DNA of 64,000 bases from Podarcis tiliguerta (Eukaryota): NCBI GenBank assembly GCA_965153285.1, contig OZ229111.1, one strand, 5' to 3'. How positions within the stretch are numbered: the first letter of the stretch is position 1; each line of letters starts with the position of its first letter. Under the pieces are notes generated by a model. The model saw nothing but the letters and a program-made list of their open reading frames with translations, was not told the origin of the DNA and searched no databases. Below, in pieces: positions 10,901 to 20,559 of the stretch. The translations under genes and the position numbers were made by a program.

Positions 10901-13900
10901 CAATATCTGTGTTATGCGCAGATGCAATTTTTGGTGCTGCGTCAGTTTAGTGCAGCATGCGGGGACTCACCGAGCGGGCGGCTCGTGGGCCAGTTAAACG
11001 ACCCCTGTGGGCCGCTTGTGGGCCTTAGGTTGCTGACCCCTGCTCCAGAGGATGTTGGACTACAACTCCTATCAGCCCCAGCCAGCATGGCCAATGCTCA
11101 GGGAGTTGTACTCCAAGAATGTCTGTAGGGCCACAAGTTCCCTACTCCTACTATGAAGCATCAGGCGTGAACGTAAGAGTCTCTAGCAACGTAAGCTCCA
11201 GCAATTGCTCAAGTGAAAGCCACAATGAAATTCAGTTGACAAAAATAGAATTATTCTCTCCCTTCCGCTTGTCCATTTGAACAACATCTATGACTGTGGT
11301 CTCTTCCCATGCCGCTCATTTCCTGCTCTTATCCTTTTCTTATTGAGCTGCTGTCCTCTGGTTAGGAAGTTTACGTTCCATCTCTTGTGTCTGAGCCCAA
11401 AAGAAGCCCTCCTGTCCCCATTCACTCTTTCCCTCTTCTTGTACTACAGGCACTGGGATAATTCCTTTCCTGGTTTTCTGGAGCTTCAATGGAATCTTGC
11501 TGGTAGCAGATGTGACTGGGAAGCCGAGTTTCATCACCCAATACCGCATTCAGTTGGGAAAGAATGATCCTGTGGGTATTTTTTTGCACAAATATGGCAG
11601 CCCTGTGTTTGTTTGTTCTGAGTGGGAGCTGTTGATTCCTCCCCATCACAGATAGCCTTTCTAGCCTTTGTCAGGGGATACATCCAGCAGTTAAAAATAT
11701 GTTGATTTGGGCAGATATCATTTTGTTATTTTTATCTGTTTCTCCAGGAAGTGTCTTCTTCCCTTCGTTAGCTCTGTGCAATAGCGTAGACGAGGATAGA
11801 AAGTGATTGGCCCAAGGTCACAGTCAGAGTGAGCTTCAACTCCCTGCATAGGCCTTACGGAATAAAAATGTTTTCAGCAGGCATTTAAAAATTGGAACGG
11901 AAGGCGGCAGCATTTTTAGTGACTGCTAGTTATTCAAACATTTTCTTTATAGTGGTGGGTAAATTTATCGTCCCAATTGTCCTAACAGAAGATGCACCTT
12001 CAATAAAATAAGAGAACTGTTTCCCAGTCCCACAAAAAAAGCATCAGTGTTGTTCCTGTGCCTTTATCCTAATTGCTCCACAAGGACCATGAAGCCTGAA
12101 TATGCAGTGACTGAAGATTTAGAACTTACCGTATTTTTCGCTCTATTAACATGCACCCGACCATAACACGCACATAAATTTTTAGAGGAGGAAAACAAGA
12201 AAAAAAATATTCTAAACGAAACAGTGGATGTATGATTTTTGTGGTTTATGCTGTGGCCACAGACATGTGATCTGACGGTGAGTTTGGGGTAGCCCAATGC
12301 AAAAATCCTGAGGATCCATGTGGATCTGTGCTTTGTAACCACATTTTTGCACCACTGCGGCCCCAGGCAACAGTGCGTGTGTGATTTTTTTGGTGTAAGA
12401 TGTAGCCATGGACATGCTATGTGATCTGATGGTGAATTTGGGGTGACCCAGTGCAAAAATCCTGAGGATCCATGTGGATCCGTGCTTTGTAACCACGTTT
12501 TAAGTGGGGAGGGAAGGAAAAGCACTCAAGGGACAAGGAACACGCGTGGGGTGGGTGAAGAAGGATGCTGTTAATAATGCAGAAGAGGGGTATAAAAGGA
12601 GAAGGCTCTTATAGGAGGAGTGGGGAGAAGAGAGGGACAGAGAGCCTGCTTGCGAAAAACTGCTGTTATTTAGCGAGTGGGGAGGAGAGATGGACAGAGA
12701 GCCTGCTTGCGAAAAACTTTGCTGCTATTTAGCGAGTGGGGAGGAGAGAGGGACAGAGAGCCTGCTTGCGAAAAACTTTGCTGCTATTTAGCGAGAGGGG
12801 AGGAGAGAGGGACAGAGAGCCTGCTTGCTTTAAAGGAGCCAACCAGACAGGAGCCTCTTACACTCGTGTAAGCGGCTCCTCTCCTCTCCTCTCCCGCTTT
12901 GCTCCTTTAAAGCAGGCTCTCTGTCCCTCTCTCCTCCCCACTCAGTGGCTCTTCTCCTGCTTTGCTGTTTCAAAGCGAGCCACGGAGGAGGAAAGGAAGG
13001 GGAACCATGGATCCTCTGCTCACGACTGCAGCAGATCCCCCCACGCCACCCGTAGGCATTCCCTCCGTAACACGCACAGACATTTCCCATTACTTTCTAG
13101 GAGGAAAAAAGTGAGTGTTATGGTGCGAAAAATACGGTAAAGCCTTTTTATTTGGCAAGTAGAGAGGAAAAGCCACTTCAAGCCTCTAACTGTAGCCAAG
13201 AGTCTTCCAGGCTTGCAGAATGTTCCTCCCAGCATAGGCGGTGCTGTTCCACATTTTGACCCAGGTTCATTTTGCCTCTCCCCCTAGGTGGACAGAAAAA
13301 AACTGCAGAATGTCATACGAACAGCCCTGTTCAATGATTTTTTCATCTCTCTGCCCATGATTATCCTCATGCTCCCTATCATGAAATGGAGGGGGGAGCC
13401 ATGCAGTTTGCACTTGCCCACTTTCCATAGGTTTCTTCTCGAGCTGGCAATCTTTACGCTATTGGAGGAAATTCTCTTCTATTACTCTCACCGGTAAGGC
13501 GCACATTACATTGAGGTAACATGCTGGGCTCCCCTCCTGGGAAAGCCAGTGTGGTGTAGTGGCTAAGAGCGGTGGACTCGTAATCTGGTGAACTGGGTTC
13601 GATTCCCTGCTCCTCCACATGCAGCTGCTGGGTGACCTTGGGCCAGTCACACTTCTCTGAAGTCTCTCAGCCTCACTCACCTCACAGAGTGTTTGTTGTG
13701 GGGGAGGAAGGGAAAGGAGAATGTTAGCCGCTTTGAGATTCCTTAGGGTAGTGATAAAGCGGAATATCAAATCCAAACTCCTCCTCCTCCTCTTCTAATG
13801 TGCAGTATTCTACAGGCTAGATTTAGACTGGCATTTTAAGGCTCTGGTTTCCACGCCTTCAAAAAAGTTATTTTCTAGTTAAACATAGCTAACAGGATGC

Positions 13901-16900
13901 GGTAGATTAGATAGTGGTGGTGGTTGTTTTACTGAAGTGTAGTTGCCACAATTGCACATGTACTGTGAAGTAATCTTGCTGTTATCCCCATCCCCTTGTA
14001 TTTACTCGAATCTAATGCTCACCTTTTTTGGCCAAATTACATTGCGAAAATTAAGGTGCGCATTAGATTCGATGGCACATTTACATTCGCCAGCAAATAC
14101 CTTTTTTGGCTTTAAGGTTCTGAAAATTGAGGTGCGCATTCGATTCAATTGTGCATTAGACTCAAGTAAATACGGTAGCTGCCTTGCATGGTGCCTCAAC
14201 ACCAGCTGTTCTGCCCACAGATAAAATATGTCACATTGTCTCTGCTTCTTCACCTGCAGGCTTCTTCATCACCCTCTCCTATACAAACACATTCATAAAA
14301 AGCACCATGAATGGACCGCTCCTATCGGTGTAACTTCTATCTATGCTCATCCAATTGAGCATGTGGTAAGTGGCACAACCGGTAGCTGAAGGAAGTCTAA
14401 TGAAACAATTGCAACACCTGAGCTGCATGTCTTAATAAAGTTTCAGATTAGGTAATATTGGCAAAACAACATCTTATTTAAGCAGCTCACTTATATTGGC
14501 AAGTGTCTATTCTGGGAAAACTGGTTGCCCTTGATAAAATATTATTGGGAAAAAATTACCTCCTGCGAAAGAAAATTCAAGTAGGTTTTGAAATATTTTT
14601 AGTAAAAATACTGCAATTCTGTGTTAACTGAAAATTTCCTTGCATAATGAAGTAAAAAAAATTGAGTTTTGTTGATTATTGATAGTAAAGGACCTCTTGA
14701 CGGTTAAGTCCAGTCAACGGCAACTATGGGGTGCAGTGCTTATCTCCATTTTCAGGCCGAGGGAGCCGGTGTTTGTCAGCAGACAGCTTTTCTGGGTCAT
14801 GTAGCCAGCATGATTAAAATGCTTCTGGTGCCCAGAACACCATGATAAGTGCCAGAGTGCATGGAAACGCTGTTTACCTTCCCGCTGCAGTGGTACCTAT
14901 TTATCTACTTGTGCTGGTATGCTTTTGAATTCCTGGGTTGGCAGGAGCTGGGACAAAGCAACAGGAGCTCACCCCATTGCATGGATTCAAACTGCTGACC
15001 TTACTATCAGCACCCCCCGAAAGGCTCAGTGGTTTAGACAATTGCTAAGTGCTCATATAAAAAAATCAAAATGTTCCAATATACCTCTGCATAGGCATAA
15101 AATCTGTATAGACTGCATAGAGACCACAGAAAAGAATGTTCTTAGCTGTGAATCTTCTTCTCAGAGGCATTTCCGTCTGCTTCAGGAAGGTTCCTATGAG
15201 GTGCCAGTCAGACATTCCCATTCACTGACCACAGTGGAATGAGAGAGATGCAGGAGGATGACTCTCAAAACCACCTCTGCTTTATAACCAAAATGGTACG
15301 GTCTAGGTGTAGGACTCTAAGGCAAGGTGGAACTAAAGGTAAAGGTAAAGAACCTCTGACAGTTAAGTTCAGTCATGAATGACTCTGGGGTTGCAGTGCT
15401 CATCTCGCTTTACTGGCCGAGGGAGCCGGTGTTTGTCCGCAGACAGTTTTTCCAGGTCATGTGGCCAGCATGACTAAGCTGCTTCTGGTGCAACAGAACA
15501 CCGAAACCAGAAGAGCGCATGGAAACACCGTTTAGCTTCCTGCTGGAGTGGTACCTATTTATCTACTTGCATTTTGACATGCTTTCGAACTGCAAAGTTG
15601 GCAGGAGCTGGAACAGAGCAACGGGAGCTCACCCCGTCACTGGGATTCAAGCCGCCGACCTTCTGATCGGCAAGCCAAAGGCTCAGTGGTTTAGACCACA
15701 GTGCCACCCGCGTCCCTAGGGTGGAACTACTGTCCCTTAAAATATACAAACAAGTTTAAGTACTGCATTTCCCATTCTTTTCTTAGGAGACCTTAGTTGT
15801 CTGTTTGGGGATATTAAAAAGTAGTTTTATTGCAGGTGGGCAACATGACTCCTTTAGCCAGCAAGGATAGCAGTACTAATTACTGAAAACCCTCTGCAGT
15901 GCACTTCTGCCAGGGAGCTAGAAGCTGCCTCGAGTATCTCAGGAAAACTGGGAGGAACTGAATGACTCAGCTGGATGACCTAATGGGTGAAAGACCAGAA
16001 GGTAGCTGACTACAGATGGCCTTTGGGGGAACAGAAGAGAGATAGTGGAAAGGGGTGGGGAGAGCTGAAGTGTGAACATTCTTAAGGACCTCTCTAAGCC
16101 ACTGCTTCTGGCTGGCCATATCCACAGGGAAGGGGCTAAGTGAACTGGTCTGCCCATTTGAGTTGGAACAGCTTTCCTTATTGAGTAAGGTGACTAGAAT
16201 TACGCAGCAACGTAGGTGATCCTGTAAGAACCTGTCTCTTTTGACTGTTTGAAAAAAATCGGAGGGGTTACAGGAATCATAGAATTAAAGAGTTGGAAGG
16301 GACCCTGAAGATCATTTAATGCAACACCCTGCATTGCAGGAATAAGCAGCTGTCCCATCTGGCGATCGAACCTGCAACCTTGGTGCTATCAGCACCACGC
16401 TCTAACCAACTGAGCTATCCAGAATGATTTCCTTTTCCTCTGCTGCCTCAAAAGGGATCTCTCACAACAGGCTGAGAAGAGAATAGATGACATATGTCAG
16501 ACAAAAATAAGTAATACGAGCCAATCATGGTTCTGGGAATAAGATGGTGTAAAATAAGGCATACAAAAGGTAGCCCTACTAGTCTCCTGTTCCCGCTTAT
16601 GGACTTCAATTGCTACTCACCCACCCTGGCATATCAACAAAGTATGAGGGAGACCAGGCCTACGGTTCTTCCTTCCATTAATTTGACACGGCTTCCTCTT
16701 TCACGTTAGCAAGTGCCCAGGGCAGAACCAGGTTAGCACTGAAGCACTTTTGGAGCGGGGGAGTAACGTCAAAGGAGATTTGCAACCAATATGCAGCGTC
16801 AGATGTTAAAACGCCCAGCAGATCTCTTTGAATAAACCCTTTTATCTGCACATAGAATATATATGACACTCAAAGCACCAGCTTTTCAACAGTGGAGCAT

Positions 16901-18726
16901 CAATCTTTGAAGCTCACCACCCTCTGTTTAGGAATATTTTCTGTGTACATGTTCACCATTATGAATCTGCACTTATATTCCAGGTTTCCAACATGCTGCC
17001 TGTGATGACTGGCCCAATCCTCATGGGATCTCATGTTACATCCATCATGGTTTGGCACTCCCTTGCCTTTCTGGCCACCACCATTTCTCACTGTGGCTAC
17101 CATTTACCTTTCCTGCCCTCACCAGAGTTCCATGACTATCATCACCTCAAGTAATTAGATTTTGTTCTTACAGGCCACATTTCCCTCACTCAGAATGGGG
17201 ACCGGGGGGGGCGGGTTGATGCATACAGCTGCTGGAACGGACTTCACTTAATTTTGTCAGCATTCTTAGGACCATTGTCGAAGCCTTGGCTGAAGTTCAA
17301 CACACAAGAAGATTCTAACTTTTCGCCACAGCATCTCTGTAATATCTATTCTAATGCTTTCCATACCCCCCTCCCCCCCAAACCCACAATTATCCTAGCA
17401 TATGAAAGTACTCAAAATCTTCAGGCATATCTTGTTTTCTGGGGTGGGGGTGGGGGAAATACTCTTCTGCACTCTGTGCTCAGCTACTTATTGTGGCTTT
17501 ATGTAACTGGTCTCACGCTGCCAGAAATGAATTTGGTCTAGGCAAACTATATTGCTAGCCATGGGATGAAATATTCCCCAACAGGCACTCATATAAATAT
17601 TACCTCTAAAGCAATCTGTGGCCCTCCAGATCACTGCCAATTCCCATCAGCACCAGCCAGCATGGCCAATGATCAGGGGGTGGTAGAAATTGAGCTTCAA
17701 CAATATCTAGAGGTCCACTGATTTCCTACTCTGGCTCTGTGAGTCACATTACAGTGGTGCCCCGCAAGACAAATGCCTCGCAAGACGGAAAACCCGCTAG
17801 ACGAAAGGGTTTTCCGTTTTGGAGGTGCTTCGCAAAATGAATTTCCTATGGGCTTGCTTCGCAAGATGAAAATGTCTTGCGAGTTGCTGCGATTTTTTCC
17901 CGCTCCCCACACCCTTTTTCTAAGGCACTAAGCTGCTAATAGCCTTTTAGCAGCTAATCCCTTAAGCCGCTAATAGCCGCTAATAGCCGCTAAACCACTA
18001 ATCCGCTAATGGGGTTGCTTCGCAAGATGAAAAAACCGCTAGACGAAGAGACTCACGGAACGGATTCTTTTCGTCTTGCGAGTCACCACTGTACAGTTAA
18101 GTGTAGTGTTTCTACTTTCAATAACAGCAGTGTTTTACTCTTCCAATATGCTCTTTGCAACTAAAGCCATTGCCAGAGATATTTGTGTTGGGGGTGGGGG
18201 AAGCAGCAATAGAAAGTTTGCCTCCCAACGCAAATAGCAGTTTTATGGGGTTGGGTTTTGTTTTTTGCAGGGTGGGGTGGGGTGTTTAAAAAAACTTTGG
18301 GCTTTTTAAATTAAAAAACCTTCCGTATACAACATTCACAAACCTGATAAGTCACTATTGCGCAAACATATCTATTTAAAACTAGAAAATTGAAACATGC
18401 AAGGCTTTCAGATGGCAGAGAGCTTCAAAGCAACAAAATGGTACAAAACAATATGGAGGATCAAAATTTAAATGTTTAAGTCAGGGTTGAATGGAAGGGA
18501 AACGCCTACATTATTACAGTATGTTCACCATTAAAAGTATGTAATTATTTCCCCTTTATTTTTCACCAGATTCAATCAGTGCTATGGTGTCTTGGGTGTG
18601 CTGGACCGCCTGCATGGAACAGATCTGTTGTTCAAGCAATCCAAGGCCTACGAGAGACACACAGTTCTGTTGAGCTTCACCCCCCTCACTGAAAGCATTC
18701 CTGATTGTCCTAAGAAATCAGAGTGA
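592..18726 (+). CDS. FAXDC2: Fatty acid hydroxylase domain-containing protein 2, 8 coding exons: 592-648, 9210-9301, 9393-9496, 11450-11571, 13288-13493, 14260-14365, 16984-17150, 18570-18726 (1011 nt, 336 aa)
   Basis: All introns GT-AG with matching phases. Translation has the sterol desaturase/hydroxylase His boxes (YYSHRLLHH, HKKHHEW, SHCGY, FHDYHH) and follows vertebrate FAXDC2 throughout; adjacency to LARP1 matches known synteny. Confidence 0.96.
971..1326. mobile_element. pogo/Tigger-like MITE (family with CGCAAGACG subterminal repeats)
   Basis: TIR CAGTGGTGCC..GGCACCACTG, TA TSD; two further copies at 17752-18091 and 51877-52217. Confidence 0.9.
1945..1992. repeat. (GT)n microsatellite
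   Basis: Visible dinucleotide run. Confidence 0.95.
2192..3701 (-). mobile_element. 5'-truncated L1-clade LINE (ORF2 C-terminus, 3'UTR, A-rich tail)
   Basis: Frameshifted ORF pieces 3045-3542 and 2558-2980 with the CWKC...HLWWTC cysteine-rich motif of L1/Tx1 ORF2; AATAAA and A-rich tail near 2195-2230 on -. Confidence 0.88.
3702..3823. mobile_element. Right half of the same MITE family as 259-484
   Basis: Matches roughly 370-484 (gagcacgatttctgttctcatcctg...gaggtaacactg+TA); left half absent. Confidence 0.85.
4242..7152 (-). pseudogene. CR1 ORF2 (endonuclease + reverse transcriptase), broken by short deletions near 5695, 5445 and 4580
   Basis: ORF track pieces 5698-7137, 5430-5630, 4558-5418 and 4242-4655 are colinear parts of one CR1 ORF2. 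Confidence 0.92.
7143..8171 (-). pseudogene. CR1 ORF1 (zinc finger/leucine zipper + SGNH esterase) with one in-frame premature TAA at 7839-7841
   Basis: ORFs 7839-8171 and 7143-7805 are in the same frame; [15 protein letters not shown] and DGLH esterase blocks; ends RALN*. Confidence 0.92.
9210..9301 (+). CDS. FAXDC2: FAXDC2 coding exon 2 ([16 protein letters not shown]...RNSVTW)
   Basis: ctcag| acceptor, |gtaagt donor, 92 nt. Confidence 0.93.
9393..9496 (+). CDS. FAXDC2: FAXDC2 coding exon 3 ([18 protein letters not shown]...)
   Basis: ttcag| and |gtgagt, 104 nt. Confidence 0.95.
10060..10735 (+). mobile_element. L2 LINE 3' fragment
   Basis: [11 protein letters not shown]...[11 protein letters not shown]...HIT...HWLPV motif typical of L2 ORF2 C-terminus; short (GTT)n tail. 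Confidence 0.88.
10830..11042. mobile_element. hAT MITE nested in an older palindromic MITE (~10803-11147)
   Basis: TIR CAGGGGTCAGCAA...TTGCTGACCCCTG; 8-bp TSD ttccagag/ctccagag. Confidence 0.85.
11450..11571 (+). CDS. FAXDC2: FAXDC2 coding exon 4 (...[32 protein letters not shown])
   Basis: tacag| and |gtgggt, 122 nt. Confidence 0.95.
12129..13137. mobile_element. TcMar (Tc2-like) non-autonomous element with internal tandem and inverted repeats
   Basis: TIR CCGTATTTTTCG...CGAAAAATACGG, TA TSD; ~180-nt internal duplication and ~60-nt tandem array. Confidence 0.9.
13288..13493 (+). CDS. FAXDC2: FAXDC2 coding exon 5 ([16 protein letters not shown]...LFYYSHR)
   Basis: cctag| and |gtaagg, 206 nt. 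Confidence 0.96.
13541..13797 (+). mobile_element. tRNA-derived SINE (Squam3-like)
   Basis: A box TGGTGTAGTGG, B box GGTTCGATTCC, CORE-like body, (CTC/CTT)n tail. Confidence 0.85.
13996..14175. mobile_element. Short Tc2-like MITE
   Basis: Imperfect TIR (tt)GTATTTACTCGAATCTAATGC...GCATTAGACTCAAGTAAATACGG+TA. Confidence 0.75.
14260..14365 (+). CDS. FAXDC2: FAXDC2 coding exon 6 ([23 protein letters not shown]...)
   Basis: tgcag| and |gtaagt, 106 nt; His box. Confidence 0.96.
14683..15040 (-). mobile_element. Sauria SINE (Squam1), diverged
   Basis: Colinear similarity to the copy at 15336-15717. Confidence 0.85.
15336..15717 (-). mobile_element. Sauria SINE (Squam1), full length
   Basis: Head GGGACGCGGGTGGCACTGTGG on -, (ACCTTT)n tail, TSD ggtggaacta at 15326-15335 and 15720-15729. 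Confidence 0.9.
16274..16420 (-). mobile_element. tRNA(Ile-like)-headed SINE with CR1-type tail
   Basis: GGATAGCTCAGTTGGTTAGAGC...GGTTCGATC head; ends ...CTTCCAACTC...ATTCTATGATTC like the CR1 3' end. Confidence 0.8.
16984..17150 (+). CDS. FAXDC2: FAXDC2 coding exon 7 ([11 protein letters not shown]...[10 protein letters not shown])
   Basis: tccag| and |gtaatt, 167 nt. Confidence 0.96.
17752..18091. mobile_element. pogo/Tigger-like MITE, inverted relative to 971-1326
   Basis: Same TIRs and internal motifs, TA TSD. Confidence 0.9.
18570..18726 (+). CDS. FAXDC2: FAXDC2 last coding exon ([18 protein letters not shown]...PKKSE*)
   Basis: accag| acceptor; TGA at 18724-18726. Confidence 0.96.
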
Positions 18727-19125
18727 CCCTTAAGTGCAGCTTATTTCCTTCGCCATCATCCAGATAATCACAAAAATCAGCAGATATCAGATTTTCTCGC
18801 AAGGCACTCTACAAGAGTATTGTGGCAGGTTTCATGTTTTCATTGGCAAGAGACAGCTTGACCTATAACACAGCCTCTGAAAAGGATCAGGGTAACACTC
18901 ATGTTTGGAGAGCACCATGACAGATGATGAATGAATGGTAGCATCAAATGGTTGTGGTTGACCAATGAAAGCAAACAGCTAAAAGTACTGTATAACAAAG
19001 GGTGCTGGAGGTGAGAGAATATACTTTCTGGCTTACAGAAAACAACCAACTCTCATAGAATTCCAAGTTAGAATTTCAGCCTGACTCAACAAAGGACCAA
19101 GAGCAGGGACATTCGAGAGCATTTA

Positions 19126-19566
19126 CCGTATTTTCCTGTGTATAAGAGGATGTTTTTTGCTTTAAAAAAAATAGGCAAAAATTGGGTGTCATCTTATACA
19201 TGGATAGTGAATGCAGATGGGGACGTGTGATTAATGGAAGCAACAAGCAGAAGATTGGCAGTGGCGATTGGGCAGGTGATTGGTGGCTGCAAGGCCTGCT
19301 GGCGATTGGCTGTGGCAACTGGGCAGGCAATTGGCGGCTGTGGCAAGTGGGTGGGTGGGCTGTTAGTTGCGGCAAGTGGGCAGACAATTGGCTGCAGCAA
19401 GGTGCGTGATCAGCAGTGGCTGTGGCAAGTGATCGGCAGTGGCGGGCAGGCAGGTGAGCAACTGACCCCCTCCCCACACCCCAAAAAAGCTAAACAACTT
19501 AATTTCGGTTTTAAAAAATGGAGCTCGTCTTATACATGGGGGTGTCTTATACACAGAAAAATACGG
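19126..19566. mobile_element. Tc2-like MITE with internal degenerate GATTGGCTGTGGCAAG tandem array, in or near the FAXDC2 3'UTR
   Basis: TIR CCGTATTTT...AAAATACGG, TA TSD. Confidence 0.85.
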
Positions 19567-20098
19567 TATTCCTAATCTCAGAAGAAAGCAGGGGACTGAA
19601 ATCTGCCTTCTCCCAGAGTACCAAGCTGAATGAGTAGTCCTACTGAACAGTACAATGCAAGGCATCATGCTGTTGTATAGCAAGAAATTCTTGTGCTGCT
19701 TAACTGTAAAAAAGGCGGTGGGGGGTAAAGTTTTATCACTCTATATGATCTATTAAAGATTTCTATCTGTTTAATTGATTTTTTTTATTTCTATTTTTCC
19801 TTATGTTTGCAGCTGTTTCTATTTTAGCTGTAGGGCACATTGAATCCATCAGGGAAAAATGTGGATATATATAAATATCATTGTAAGCCATGCCTCTCCA
19901 AGTAACAATTGAAGATTTTTAAAGAGATAGTGGAGTTAATTAACATAGCCAAAGAGAGCATTATGATGATCTTCTTTTATACTCACTAAAACTCATTAGA
20001 AAAATTAGCTGTTTGGTGACCCTGGAATGGAAAGCAAACACAACCATTCTCGTTTTACTTCCACATGGGCCTAGTCCTCAAGGAACAGCAGATGAGGC

Positions 20099-20160
20099 AA
20101 TAAATATCACTGTGCCACTCTAGGCAGAAGACATACAAGAGGCTTGAGTCCTACAATAAA
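20099..20160 (+). terminator. Candidate FAXDC2 polyadenylation signals (AATAAA at 20099 and 20155)
   Basis: AATAAA hexamers ~1.4 kb after the stop codon; usage not demonstrable from sequence. Confidence 0.35.
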
Positions 20161-20559
20161 ACATCCCTAAACTTAAGAGCTTAATTATTCATTCCTGGAG
20201 AATGCTACAGTACAATGATCTATTCCAAATATTTAGCTGTCGGTGTGCAGTAATACTTATTTTTGTATGGAGGCCCATTTAGTCATTTGAGTCTATAATC
20301 AAAAGTGGCATACACACAGGTTGCTTCTTTGCCTCATTTTTCATTCTTTGAAGAACAGTTTGAATAACTTAGGCAACCAGGAATCTTGCTAGAGTACATA
20401 ATACTGAAAGTGCAAAAGGACATTCATCTTGAAAAGTAACATTTTAAGCACACTTATCCTGCCATTGCATCATCATATCATGCATCTCCCAGTTCTCTGG
20501 TCCACATGTGGTTGCCATTAGTAGAAATAGCCTCAAGGTAGAAACGAGTGTGCAAATTG

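Noticed and set aside
12620-12830. Regularly spaced ~60-nt repeats as a CRISPR-like array
   Set aside because: Units are full tandem copies without unique spacers, inside a eukaryotic transposon; no cas genes
16350-16420. Functional tRNA genes here, at 13545-13615 and at 56690-56752
   Set aside because: Acceptor stems are degenerate and each runs into a SINE body and LINE-type tail
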